Made by a program: the position numbers and the translations under genes. From positions 62,866 to 126,865 of the forward strand of contig JAAELO010000822.1 in the NCBI GenBank assembly GCA_024226555.1: DNA of 64,000 nt. The letters are read 5' to 3'. This document shows, one piece after another, positions 1 through 8,408 of the stretch; the stretch's first letter is position 1, and each line of letters begins with the position of its first letter. This DNA is from Desulfobacterales bacterium. Its GTDB lineage: Bacteria; Desulfobacterota; Desulfobacteria; Desulfobacterales; JAAELO01. The notes below the pieces were generated by a model, which had not been told where the DNA came from, did not search any database, and saw nothing but the letters and a program-made list of their open reading frames with translations.

Positions 1-400
1 AAAGGTCTTCATACTCTTCACCAGCAAAAATGTGAGTTGACTGAACTATTATATTTTTGTAACCCTCATCCTGTAAGTCAGCAATCGTCGCAAGAGGCCC
101 TTTAATGTAGCAGAACTGTTTTAACCCCTTTTTCTGGAAAGCTTTATCATCTCTTCTCTTGTGCCACTTCTTACGAATAATGTTAGACGTAAAAGCATGC
201 TTGATAGCAACATCACCAAACTCTTTTCTTACTTCCTTCTCAATATTAATGATTGCCTTTAGGGCATTAGGATAAGATGTTCCAAAACTTGCCAGAACTA
301 TTGCTGTTTTCTCTTTCTTTGTCTTGGCAACAAGTGTTGTAGGAATAACAAGTGATAATACCAGCGTGACTACTGCCAGTATCCGGATAAAACGTTTCAT
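1..400 (-). CDS. cbiK: Sirohydrochlorin cobaltochelatase CbiK, secreted form; 5' part only (gene runs off the window start)
   Basis: Not in the ORF track (cut by window edge). Own translation from ATG at 400-398: MKRFIRILAVVTLVLSLVIPTTLVAKTKKEKTAIVLASFGTSYPNALK...AIKHAFTSNIIRKKW...IVQSTHIFAGEEYEDL. Signal peptide followed by the SFGTSY / AFTS pattern of CbiK. AGGGAG RBS upstream, and a B12 riboswitch in the leader. Confidence 0.8.
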   Translation of the reverse strand, partial: MKRFIRILAVVTLVLSLVIPTTLVAKTKKEKTAIVLASFGTSYPNALKAIINIEKEVRKEFGDVAIKHAFTSNIIRKKWHKRRDDKAFQKKGLKQFCYIKGPLATIADLQDEGYKNIIVQSTHIFAGEEYEDL

Positions 401-451
401 ACTTCAATCTCCCTCATAAATAAATTTAATTCAAAGGTTTAAAAGAAGCAT

Positions 452-487
452 AAAAAAAGCCCTTCAAACCTTTTTAGATTGAAGAGC
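452..487 (-). terminator. Intrinsic terminator hairpin, probable expression platform of the cobalamin riboswitch
   Basis: Minus strand reads GCTCTTCAA-tctaaaaaggt-TTGAAGGGC followed by TTTTTTT. It lies between the riboswitch aptamer and the cbiK start codon. Confidence 0.6.
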
Positions 488-554
488 TGCACCCATTTTC
501 TTGGCTCTTTATAAATGTTATAATCTTTTACCTAAGATATATAACGACAACATT

Positions 555-725
555 AAGGTAGGTCTTCTGACTACCCGGTTAAGAACCTACTTTTTGCACC
601 TTCCCTTATATCTCAATTAATATAAAGTGGTATAACGCAAATTTCGTCACCGGTTACAGCGGCGGGACCGTTCCAGATTTTCACTGGGATTCCCTTTTAA
701 GCTAAACAGCACCTTAATGAGTTCA
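555..725 (-). promoter_or_regulatory. Cobalamin (B12) riboswitch
   Basis: Minus strand reads AAGGUGCUG...AAAAGGGAAUCCCAGUGAAAAUCUGGAACGGUCCCGCCGCUGUAACCGGUGACGAAA...AUACCACU...GGGAAGGUGC. This matches the conserved GGGAA / GUGAAAAUC / GGUCCCGCC-CUGUAA core and B12-box-like CCACU of the family. It sits in the 5' leader of cbiK. Confidence 0.85.
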
Positions 726-753
726 CCCTATTTAATAATATTGTTTTTTGCAA
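725..753 (-). promoter_or_regulatory. Candidate sigma70-type promoter for the riboswitch-cbiK transcript
   Basis: Minus strand has TTGCAA (753-748), a 17-nt spacer, then TAGGGT (730-725), just upstream of the riboswitch. Confidence 0.35.
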
Positions 754-1100
754 GATATTTGTTTTTTAACTGAACTATTCATCTCTATAAACCTTTGACA
801 AACTTCATTTTATAGGATTGTTTAATATTTTTTTTAAAAATTCTGAATAGAATTTGCTTTATTCCATTTTGCTTAACTCTCTTCAGGCTTTTTATCTATT
901 TCCATAAAAACGATAAACTGAGTCCGCCCAAACATATTTAGACCTTAATAAGCATTTATTAACTCGCTAATAAATTAGATATAATGATTTTTTATTGTTA
1001 AAAGACATGGAGTTATATATTCAATAGCCCTTTTTAAAAAATTCAAAATTATGATATAATATTTCATTAAGACATAACAAAATCTATTGATTTCATTATA

Positions 1101-1231
1101 GGGAATCTCTAATAATTAGAATTTTTTGATGAAAAACAAGGCATAACAAAAAAAACGGGTTATTAAAAGCTTTACTTTTATAAAGTTTACAGTTTTATTT
1201 TTGTTATATCTGTGTTTCGCAAAAAGATCAG
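1101..1231 (+). mobile_element. MITE copy (GGGAAYCTCTAATAA-TIR family), right end degenerate
   Basis: Left TIR GGGAATCTCTAATAATTAG. The interior aligns with the 30766 copy (gatgaaaaacaaggcataacaaaaaa...gtgtttcgcaaaaagatcag) plus an extra TTATAAA module. The right TIR is lost after gatcag. Confidence 0.6.
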
Positions 1232-1280
1232 GATTAACCTGCTTAAAATCAATTTTATCAATTAACTACAGGATTTCAAT

Positions 1281-3632
1281 ATGTCAGAAAAACCCACATA
1301 TGAAGAATTAGAGCTACGGATTCGTGAGTTGGAAAATGATAAATTAGAGATTAAACGTTCAAAAGATGAAATCATGAAGTTCCGTACTATTGCAGACAAA
1401 GCAGCACATGGGTACACCATTGTAGAGTTGGATGGAACCATTGTATATCTGAACGATTTTTTTGCTAAACTACATGGTTATTCTGCCAACGAGTTGATCG
1501 GAAAAAATCTGTCAGTCTTTCATAATGAAAAACAACTTGAAAACGTTCAATGTATCAATAAAAACCTTATAAATAGCAGAAATTACAGTGCATTGGAAGT
1601 CTGGCATACTCATAAGGACGGCACTGAGTTTCTAATGCTTATGAACGCGGTAGTTATCAATGATGATAATGGTGCGCCTGAATACCTGGGGGCAACAGGT
1701 ATAGATATCACAAATCGCAAGATGTCAGAGACAGCACTCTATGAAAGTCAAGCCAAACTAGTACGGTCTCAATATCTCTCCAAAATGGGCGACTTTACAT
1801 GGGAGATATCTACTGGTTTTGTTACATGGTCTGAAGGGATGCACAGGTTGTTGGGATATGATTTGAACGAAAAGATTAATTATGCGAAAGTCAATTTATC
1901 AATCCATCATCCTGACGATCTTAAAAGCGTTACTAAATGGTTAAATGACAGCATTGCTTCTGGCAATGAAGACCTTATCACAAATGAGTATCGTCTTGTT
2001 TGCAAGAATGGTGAGGTTATTGAAGTTCGTACTGTCGGACAAATTGAGTACTGTGATGGAGTTGCCGTAAAGTTGTTTGGGACATGTCAGGATATCACTG
2101 AACTTAAACAGACCGAACAGGCACTTCGCTATGAAAAAAAATTTATAAACATGGCCATTGATAGTTTGCCTGGAATCTTTTACCTCTTCACAAAAGAGGG
2201 AAAGTTTTTGAGATGGAATGATAATTTCGAAAAAGTTTCAGGATATTCTGCGTTAGAAATTAGCACAATGAAGCCACGAGATTTCTTTCCAGTTGAAGAA
2301 CATGCTATCGTTGAGGAGCGAATAAGTGAAGTATTTAAAAAGGGAAGTTCTTTTGTTGAAGCAAACTGGCTTTCTAAAAATGGAACAAAAAAACTTTATT
2401 ATTTAACAGGTGTCTGTGTGGACATTGGAAGTGCTTTATGTCAGGTTGGGATGGGTATTGATATTAGTGACCGCAAATTAGCTGAGCAAGAACGTAAAAA
2501 GTTCCAGGACCAACTTCAGCATTCACAAAAAATGGAAGCTATAGCCACATTAGCAGGTGGTATCGCACATGATTTTAACAATATGTTGGGTGTTATAACT
2601 GGAAATACCTCATTTGCACTAAGCATTCTGAGTAAAAAAGATGAACTGTTCGAGGTTCTCTCCGATATCAAAGCTTCATCAAAACAAGCGCAAACCCTTA
2701 CACATCAGCTACTTATCTTTTCTAAAGGTGGTGCACCCATAAAAAAAACAGTTGATATAAATAAATTAATAAATGAAGCATCTGTCTTTTCAATAAGAGG
2801 ATCTAAATCAAAATGTAATTTTGAATTGTCAGATGATTTATGGAGATCGGAAGTTGATGAGGGACAAATCAATCAGGTTATCGGAAATCTGATTATTAAT
2901 GCCAATCAGGCTATGCCAAATGGTGGAATTATTACCATAAAAACAGATAATATAGAGGTTTATATTGAAAGTGTACTTCCATTGTCATCTGGAAGTTTCA
3001 TCAGAATTGTAGTTGAAGACCAGGGAATTGGTATCCACAAAAAACACCTTTCAAAAATATTTGAACCATATTTTTCTACTAAACAAAAAGGAAGTGGCCT
3101 TGGACTAGCTACAACATATTCGATAATTAAGAGACATGGCGGACATATTAACGTACATTCAGAAATTGAAAAAGGGACTTATTTTAGTGTTTATCTACCG
3201 GCTTCATCAAAATGTACCAAGCCAGTTGAGGATAAAGGGGACCCTATACATGCAGGTAACGGTAAGATTCTGATAATGGACGATCAGGAATCCATTTTAA
3301 AAATGGTTGGAAGGATGTTAAATCATATGGGATATGAGACTATATTTGCTACGGACGGCACACAGGCAGTTGAACTTTTTCGTGATCATTATAAAACGAA
3401 AAACCATTTGGAACTGGTGATTCTCGATCTAACAATTCCCGGGGGTATGGGAGGATTAAAAACAATTATTGAATTATTAAAAATTGATCCCAATGTTAAA
3501 GCTGTGGTCTCAAGTGGATATTCGAATGATCAAATTATGGCAAATTATGAGGATTATGGTTTTTGCGGAATAGTTCCAAAACCTTATACTAAAGGTCAAT
3601 TAGCCGAAGTTTTAAATAGAATTCTTGCATAA
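1281..3632 (+). CDS. PAS-domain hybrid sensor histidine kinase with C-terminal receiver
   Basis: Several PAS-like blocks; H-box IAHDFNNMLGVITG; ATPase motifs NLIINANQAMP and GSGLGLATTYSIIKRHGG; receiver ILIMDDQESIL...VILDLTIPGGMGG. Confidence 0.9.
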   Translation: MSEKPTYEELELRIRELENDKLEIKRSKDEIMKFRTIADKAAHGYTIVELDGTIVYLNDFFAKLHGYSANELIGKNLSVFHNEKQLENVQCINKNLINSRNYSALEVWHTHKDGTEFLMLMNAVVINDDNGAPEYLGATGIDITNRKMSETALYESQAKLVRSQYLSKMGDFTWEISTGFVTWSEGMHRLLGYDLNEKINYAKVNLSIHHPDDLKSVTKWLNDSIASGNEDLITNEYRLVCKNGEVIEVRTVGQIEYCDGVAVKLFGTCQDITELKQTEQALRYEKKFINMAIDSLPGIFYLFTKEGKFLRWNDNFEKVSGYSALEISTMKPRDFFPVEEHAIVEERISEVFKKGSSFVEANWLSKNGTKKLYYLTGVCVDIGSALCQVGMGIDISDRKLAEQERKKFQDQLQHSQKMEAIATLAGGIAHDFNNMLGVITGNTSFALSILSKKDELFEVLSDIKASSKQAQTLTHQLLIFSKGGAPIKKTVDINKLINEASVFSIRGSKSKCNFELSDDLWRSEVDEGQINQVIGNLIINANQAMPNGGIITIKTDNIEVYIESVLPLSSGSFIRIVVEDQGIGIHKKHLSKIFEPYFSTKQKGSGLGLATTYSIIKRHGGHINVHSEIEKGTYFSVYLPASSKCTKPVEDKGDPIHAGNGKILIMDDQESILKMVGRMLNHMGYETIFATDGTQAVELFRDHYKTKNHLELVILDLTIPGGMGGLKTIIELLKIDPNVKAVVSSGYSNDQIMANYEDYGFCGIVPKPYTKGQLAEVLNRILA

Positions 3633-3699
3633 ATTGCTATTTTCAATTCAGTGTTACCTTTAACTCAAATCTACCTAAACTATAATAAAGTATACTAAA

Positions 3700-3851
3700 G
3701 GGAACCTCTGATAATTAGGTTTAAATTTAATACAGCAAATGAGCAAAGGTTACCTCAATTTTTGTCATTTTTTGCACTACTTATGTCATTGTAGCATTTT
3801 TCATTTTTAACTATCTTAAGGGAAGCTTAAGCAAAATTATTAGAGATTCCC
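3700..3851. mobile_element. MITE-family element, divergent/composite interior
   Basis: Left TIR GGGAACCTCTGATAATTAGG and right TIR AAAATTATTAGAGATTCCC. The interior contains extra TIR-like fragments (aaaggttacctc, gggaagct). Flanks are TAAA/TTTA, which is not a clean direct duplication. Confidence 0.55.
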
Positions 3852-3882
3852 TTTAACAACTTAAAAAATGGAGAAAAATTAA

Positions 3883-4587
3883 ATGACTTATATTTTTATT
3901 AAAAGATTTAAAATGGTTTATGTATGTATGTTTTTGATGGCTATATTCTTTTCGGAATCTTTGTATGCTGTAAAAACTTCAGATATAAAAACAAGAAGAA
4001 TATCCATGATATCATTCAGAAACTCAGTTCTTCTTGATATTGTTGGACCACTCACTGTATTTTCTGCTGCTAACATGTTTATATCAAAAAAATCAGGCAA
4101 TGAGGCTTATGAAATTGAAATTCTGTCTGAAAAGAAAGGGCCGGTTCGTACATTTTCAGGTATGAAAATTATATCAGATAATTCATATCTTAATCATTCA
4201 AAAAAAATCGACACTCTCTTAATTGCTGGGGGACCGGGTGTTGAAAAAGCCAGTAAAAATCAGAAATTATTAAAGTATTTGAAGAGAAAGAATAAAAAAG
4301 TCAGACGCCTGGGTTCAATATGTGGAGGGTCTCTTATTCTTGCGAAAGCAGGGCTGCTAAAAGGGAAAAAAGCTACAACACATTGGAGTGATATTGAAAA
4401 ATTAATTCAGTCATATCCAGATATTAAAGTTAAAACCGATATCAATTTCATACGTGATGGACACATTTATACATCCGGAGGTGTTATGAACGGAGTGCAG
4501 CTCGCTCTGGGCCTCGTTGAAGAGGACTATGGAATTGAAGTTGCCATGAAAGTTGCAAAGTTACTTGAAGTGATTTATGAACATTAA
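3883..4587 (+). CDS. DJ-1/PfpI family protein (GlxA N-domain / isonitrile-hydratase-like) with N-terminal hydrophobic leader
   Basis: DTLLIAGGPG, nucleophile elbow GSICGGSLILAKAGLL, ATTHW, and RDGHIYTSGGVMNGVQLALGLVEEDYG. GGAGA RBS before the ATG. No AraC HTH follows. Confidence 0.75.
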   Translation: MTYIFIKRFKMVYVCMFLMAIFFSESLYAVKTSDIKTRRISMISFRNSVLLDIVGPLTVFSAANMFISKKSGNEAYEIEILSEKKGPVRTFSGMKIISDNSYLNHSKKIDTLLIAGGPGVEKASKNQKLLKYLKRKNKKVRRLGSICGGSLILAKAGLLKGKKATTHWSDIEKLIQSYPDIKVKTDINFIRDGHIYTSGGVMNGVQLALGLVEEDYGIEVAMKVAKLLEVIYEH

Positions 4588-4614
4588 CAAATAAACACAG
4601 GATAAAATAGTAAT

Positions 4615-4637
4615 AGGAAATTTATTAGAAATTTCCT
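4615..4637. repeat. TIR-like mini-palindrome (collapsed MITE ends)
   Basis: AGGAAATTT-attag-AAATTTCCT; resembles the family TIR (ttattagaaatttcc) and directly abuts the next MITE. Confidence 0.35.
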
Positions 4638-4640
4638 ATT

Positions 4641-4801
4641 GGGAAACTCTAATAGTTAGTTTTTTGGTTGAATTACAAATTTTATAAAAGCTTCCGGTTT
4701 TATAAAACCCTCTGCTTGAGAAGTAAAGATAAGATTTTGCAACAGTTATTTTTTTCCTGTAACGCAGTAATTCTGACAAAAAGCATTTATTAGAGATTCC
4801 C
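4641..4801 (+). mobile_element. MITE copy, long variant
   Basis: TIRs GGGAAACTCTAATAGTTAG / CATTTATTAGAGATTCCC. The interior aligns to the reverse complement of the 56807 long copy, including the ttttataaaagcttccggttttataaaacc module. Confidence 0.75.
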
Positions 4802-4843
4802 TGTATTCTTATAAAATTAATAGTCCCTTAAGGACTGGTTTCT

Positions 4844-5562
4844 TTGAGGTACTGTTCGGGTTTTCAGCTTTTACGGAAACGCTTTAAACCCTTATTAAAC
4901 AATTTTGAATTTGGTAAATGCAAAGAACCAATCCGTTTGACCATTGGAGAATGGCCTCCTTATTTTTCAAAAGATTTGAAGCATAACGGAGTTGTTTCAC
5001 ATGTTGTTCAACGAGTATTTAAATTTGCTGACGTTAACGTTCAATATGGATATTCCCATGGAGAAGATCATTAATGTTAGCAAAGAAAGGAGAATGGGAT
5101 GGAACTGTGGGATGGCACAAAAACGCAAAACGAGAAAAAATATTTTATATAAGTAATCCATTATTTTACGATATCAGTGCTGTATTTCATCTAAAGAGAA
5201 AACCAATCAAATTCAAAAAACTTAAAGATTTAAAAGGACTTCGTGCTGGTCTTATTATGGGTTATGAATATAAAGTCATTGATCCTTTAGTTAAAAAAGG
5301 GATTGTTAAAGCGAGTTATGTACCAAGAGAAGAACTTGCTTTTAAGATGTTGTTAAATGAGCGATTTGATTTTTTCCCGTTAAGCCTGGATGTTGGTAAT
5401 GCAATTTTACAAAGTAAATTTACTAAAAAAGAAAGAGATCTGATTGAGCACCTGGTTGTTCCAAACAAGGCTCCTTTCACCTTATATATGCTTTATAAGA
5501 ATGAAAGAAGTAAAGTTCTTATCAAGGGATTTAATAAAGGTTTAAAAAAGTGGCGAATATGA
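4844..5562 (+). pseudogene. Family-3 periplasmic solute-binding protein, 5'-truncated and frameshifted
   Basis: ORFs 4844-5074 and 5074-5562 are one gene. Frame 1 ends ...VQYGYSHGEDH*, while the next frame reads FPWRRSLMLAKKGEWDGTVGW. One extra T in the TT at 5053-5054 would restore ...YGYFPWRRSL.... There is no signal peptide before ...KEPIRLTIGEWPPY. Confidence 0.75.
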
Positions 5563-5615
5563 CAAACTCTGGAAAAATTCCCGTAAAGGAAAATATCTTA
5601 TGGGAACCTTACTTG

Positions 5616-6911
5616 TTATTTGAAATACAATTCGTGGAACTCTTTTTCCAGATTTTCTCTGTATTCTGGTGCTGCAATATTAATAAGTTGCCTTGCGCGT
5701 TCTTTTATTGTTTTTCCATGCAGGGATGCAACTCCATATTCAGTAACAATATAATCAACATCATTTCTTGATGTGGTAACAGATTGACCTCTGTCCAGTG
5801 CTGCAACTATTCTGGAACAAGTTCCTTTTGCAGCTGTTGCCGGAAGTGCGATAATACTCCTTCCACCTTTGGAACGCTTTGCACCTCTTACAAAATCCAC
5901 CTGACCTCCTACGCCTGAATACTGGTATGGTCCAATTGAATCTGCTGAAACCTGCCCAAGCAAATCTACAGAAATAGCGGAATTGATTGAAACCAGATTA
6001 TCATTTTGTGCAATAATAAAAGGATCATTTATATAATCTACCGGGTACATCTCAATCATTGGGTTATTGTCCATCCATTGATAAAATTTTTCTGTTCCCA
6101 TGGCGAAAGTTAAAACAATTTTTGAAGGGTGAAGAGTCTTTTTCGAACTATTTATCACTCCTTTTTCCACAAGATCCATAACACCATCAGAAATCATTTC
6201 TGAGTGGATAGAAAGATCCTTTTTATCATCAAGGAATGATAAAACGGCTTCAGGAATTGCACCTATACCAATTTGAAGGCAATCTTCATCTTTAATTAGT
6301 CCGGCTGCATTATACCCTATTTTTTTCTCAACATCTCCTATAACAGGTCTTGAAACCTCTATCATTTTTCTGTTTGATGGAATTAAATGATCTATTTTAT
6401 CTATATTAATAGAATATGAACCCATTGTTCTTGGCATGTGAGGAGAAACTTCAGCTATAACCACTTTCGCAGACATAGCTGCTTCATAAGTATAGTCAAC
6501 GGATAATCCAAGACTGCAATTACCATCTTCATCAGGCAATGAAACCGATATAATAGCAACATCAACCGGAATTGATTTATCTCTGAATAGCTCAGGGACT
6601 TCGTTGAAAAAACAGCTTATAAAATCTGATCGCCCTTTGTTAATAGCATCTCTGCTGTTTTTTGTTCCAAAAAGTGAGATGTGGTGAAATGATTTTTCGA
6701 GCTCTGGTTTGCAGTATTCCAGTTTTCCAAAGGAAAGCACATGTACAATTTTAACATTTGAAAGTTCGTCAGCTCTTTTAGCAATTTCATCAAGTACAGG
6801 TTCAGGTGATGCGCAAGCATGTCCCGAAACTATTGTGTCACCGGATTTTATTAGTTTTGCTGCTTCTTCAATGTTTATACATTTTTCTTTAAATTTTTTA
6901 TCAATATTCAT
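5616..6911 (-). CDS. Acetyl-CoA hydrolase/transferase family protein (4-hydroxybutyrate / butyryl-CoA:acetate CoA-transferase-like)
   Basis: 431 aa. N-terminal ...IEEAAKLIKSGDTIVSGHACASPEPVLDEI... and C-terminal ...GQVSADSIGPYQYSGVGGQVDFVRGA...VDYIVTEYG, typical of the family. AGGAAG RBS. Confidence 0.85.
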   Translation of the reverse strand: MNIDKKFKEKCINIEEAAKLIKSGDTIVSGHACASPEPVLDEIAKRADELSNVKIVHVLSFGKLEYCKPELEKSFHHISLFGTKNSRDAINKGRSDFISCFFNEVPELFRDKSIPVDVAIISVSLPDEDGNCSLGLSVDYTYEAAMSAKVVIAEVSPHMPRTMGSYSINIDKIDHLIPSNRKMIEVSRPVIGDVEKKIGYNAAGLIKDEDCLQIGIGAIPEAVLSFLDDKKDLSIHSEMISDGVMDLVEKGVINSSKKTLHPSKIVLTFAMGTEKFYQWMDNNPMIEMYPVDYINDPFIIAQNDNLVSINSAISVDLLGQVSADSIGPYQYSGVGGQVDFVRGAKRSKGGRSIIALPATAAKGTCSRIVAALDRGQSVTTSRNDVDYIVTEYGVASLHGKTIKERARQLINIAAPEYRENLEKEFHELYFK

Positions 6912-7139
6912 TATATCTTCCTGCTTTTTAATACTTTTATAGAACCAGATCTTTAATTTTTAGAGAATATAAACAAAGTTCAGTTTTAACGTAAATACTT
7001 TAATATGTTTCCTTCTTAAAAAGATTTATCAATCGTTCCTTAAGCCCTGATAGAGCTGAAATATGATATATTTTGTTTTTTGCAGAATGTCCCCAATACA
7101 AGGAAATCAGATTCTAAATATGTTCATTTTATTTTTCAA

Positions 7140-7257
7140 AGGAAATCTCTGAAATACTTCTGGAATGGAGTTTTTTTTATAAAAAAGAGGGTCATGCCAA
7201 ACGTTGTACCATAGCATGGAATGAGTGATTACCATAAAGACAAATTTATTAGAGACT
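7140..7257. repeat. Degenerate MITE remnant
   Basis: Left end AGGAAATCTCTGAAATA and right end AATTTATTAGAGAC with decayed interior. It overlaps the spurious ORFs 7107-7295 and 7221-7424. Confidence 0.35.
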
Positions 7258-7286
7258 ATATAGTAAATCTTTATAAAAGATTCAAA

Positions 7287-7315
7287 ATAATACACTTTTG
7301 GTTCAAGTGTATTAT
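7287..7315 (-). terminator. Hairpin terminator downstream of the signalling operon
   Basis: 11-bp stem ATAATACACTT / AAGTGTATTAT with a 7-nt loop. On the minus strand it is followed by TTTGAATCTTTT, 11 nt after the stop of 7326-8330. Confidence 0.5.
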
Positions 7316-7325
7316 AAAGTTACTC

Positions 7326-8330
7326 TTATTTCCTGAGTACCTGAAGAGCTGCATCAACAACATCAGGGTCAAAATGTATATTTTTGTATTTTTGAATCTC
7401 TGCCAGAGCTGCGTTAATTCCTAAGGCAGCTCTATAAGGTCTGTGTGAACTCATAGCTTCAATCACATCGGCAACTGCAAGTATTCGGGCTTCAAGCAGG
7501 ATCTCATCCCCTTTAAGACCCTGAGGATATCCTGAGCCATCTAATCTTTCATGATGCTGATGTGCTATTTCAGCAAATGGCCATGGAGATGGAATATTTT
7601 TAAGAATATTGTAACCGATCTCCGGGTGAATTTTAAGCATGTCAAACTCAACGTCCAAAAGCTTCTTGGGTCTGTTTAATATTGCCACAGGAACGCGTAT
7701 TTTACCAATATCATGCAGGAGAGCTGCCAAACGTAAACCTTCAATATTATCTTTTGATAGCCCCATTTCAGAAGCTATATCACAAGCAAACTGTGCCACA
7801 CGTTCCTGATGCCCAGCGGTATATGGGTCACGACTTTCCACAGTCAACACCATTGCATGTATTGTTGCACCTAACATTTTTTGGATTACTTCTGTTTTCT
7901 CTTTTACCTTTTCTTCCAATATAATATTTTGTGCATTCAGTTCTTCTCTCATTTTTTTTCTTGAGAGATGTGTTTTGACCCTGGCTATAACCTCAGCAGA
8001 GTGAAACGGTTTAGTAATATAATCCACAGCACCTATTTTAAAACCCATTGTTTTATCTTCAACATCTGTCATTGCAGTTATGAATATAATTGGGATCTCC
8101 TGGGTTTCAGGGTCATCTTGTAGACGTTTACAAACTTCATATCCATCCATTTCAGGCATCTGTATATCCAGAAGAATCAAATCCGGGAGTTTTTTCTGAA
8201 CTAAATCCAGTAATTTTTGACCGCTTTTAGCTATACCCAGGATATAATCGTCTTTTAAAGTATTGATTAGGAGACTTATATTTGTAGGACTATCATCTGC
8301 AATCAATATTAAAGAGTTATCATTATTCAC
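7326..8330 (-). CDS. Response regulator with HD-GYP domain (putative c-di-GMP phosphodiesterase)
   Basis: Receiver ILIADDSPTN...LILLDIQMPEMDGYEVC. HD-GYP motifs HQERVA, LHDIGKIRVP and HHERLDGSGYPQGL. GTG start with AAGGAG RBS. Confidence 0.9.
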   Translation of the reverse strand: MNNDNSLILIADDSPTNISLLINTLKDDYILGIAKSGQKLLDLVQKKLPDLILLDIQMPEMDGYEVCKRLQDDPETQEIPIIFITAMTDVEDKTMGFKIGAVDYITKPFHSAEVIARVKTHLSRKKMREELNAQNIILEEKVKEKTEVIQKMLGATIHAMVLTVESRDPYTAGHQERVAQFACDIASEMGLSKDNIEGLRLAALLHDIGKIRVPVAILNRPKKLLDVEFDMLKIHPEIGYNILKNIPSPWPFAEIAHQHHERLDGSGYPQGLKGDEILLEARILAVADVIEAMSSHRPYRAALGINAALAEIQKYKNIHFDPDVVDAALQVLRK

Positions 8331-8408
8331 CTATTTACTCCTTATTTATTTACATATAATATAGGATTTAGGAGTTAAAATTTGTACATTTTTTTTGAAT
8401 TTCTAATA

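Noticed and set aside
3883-4587. DJ-1/PfpI gene as a GlxA-type AraC regulator truncated by the downstream MITE
   Set aside because: Stand-alone DJ-1/PfpI proteins of about 230 aa (e.g. isonitrile-hydratase type) exist. The ORF has its own leader and ends cleanly, so truncation cannot be supported from the sequence alone.
5550-5771. ORF 5550-5771 overlapping the 3' end of the CoA-transferase gene
   Set aside because: It is mostly antisense to a well-supported CDS and has no recognisable motif. It is probably a read-through artefact of the broken SBP gene region.
7107-7424. ORFs 7107-7295 and 7221-7424
   Set aside because: They cover a degenerate MITE remnant, a terminator hairpin and the 3' end of the HD-GYP gene. 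The translations have no features of real proteins.
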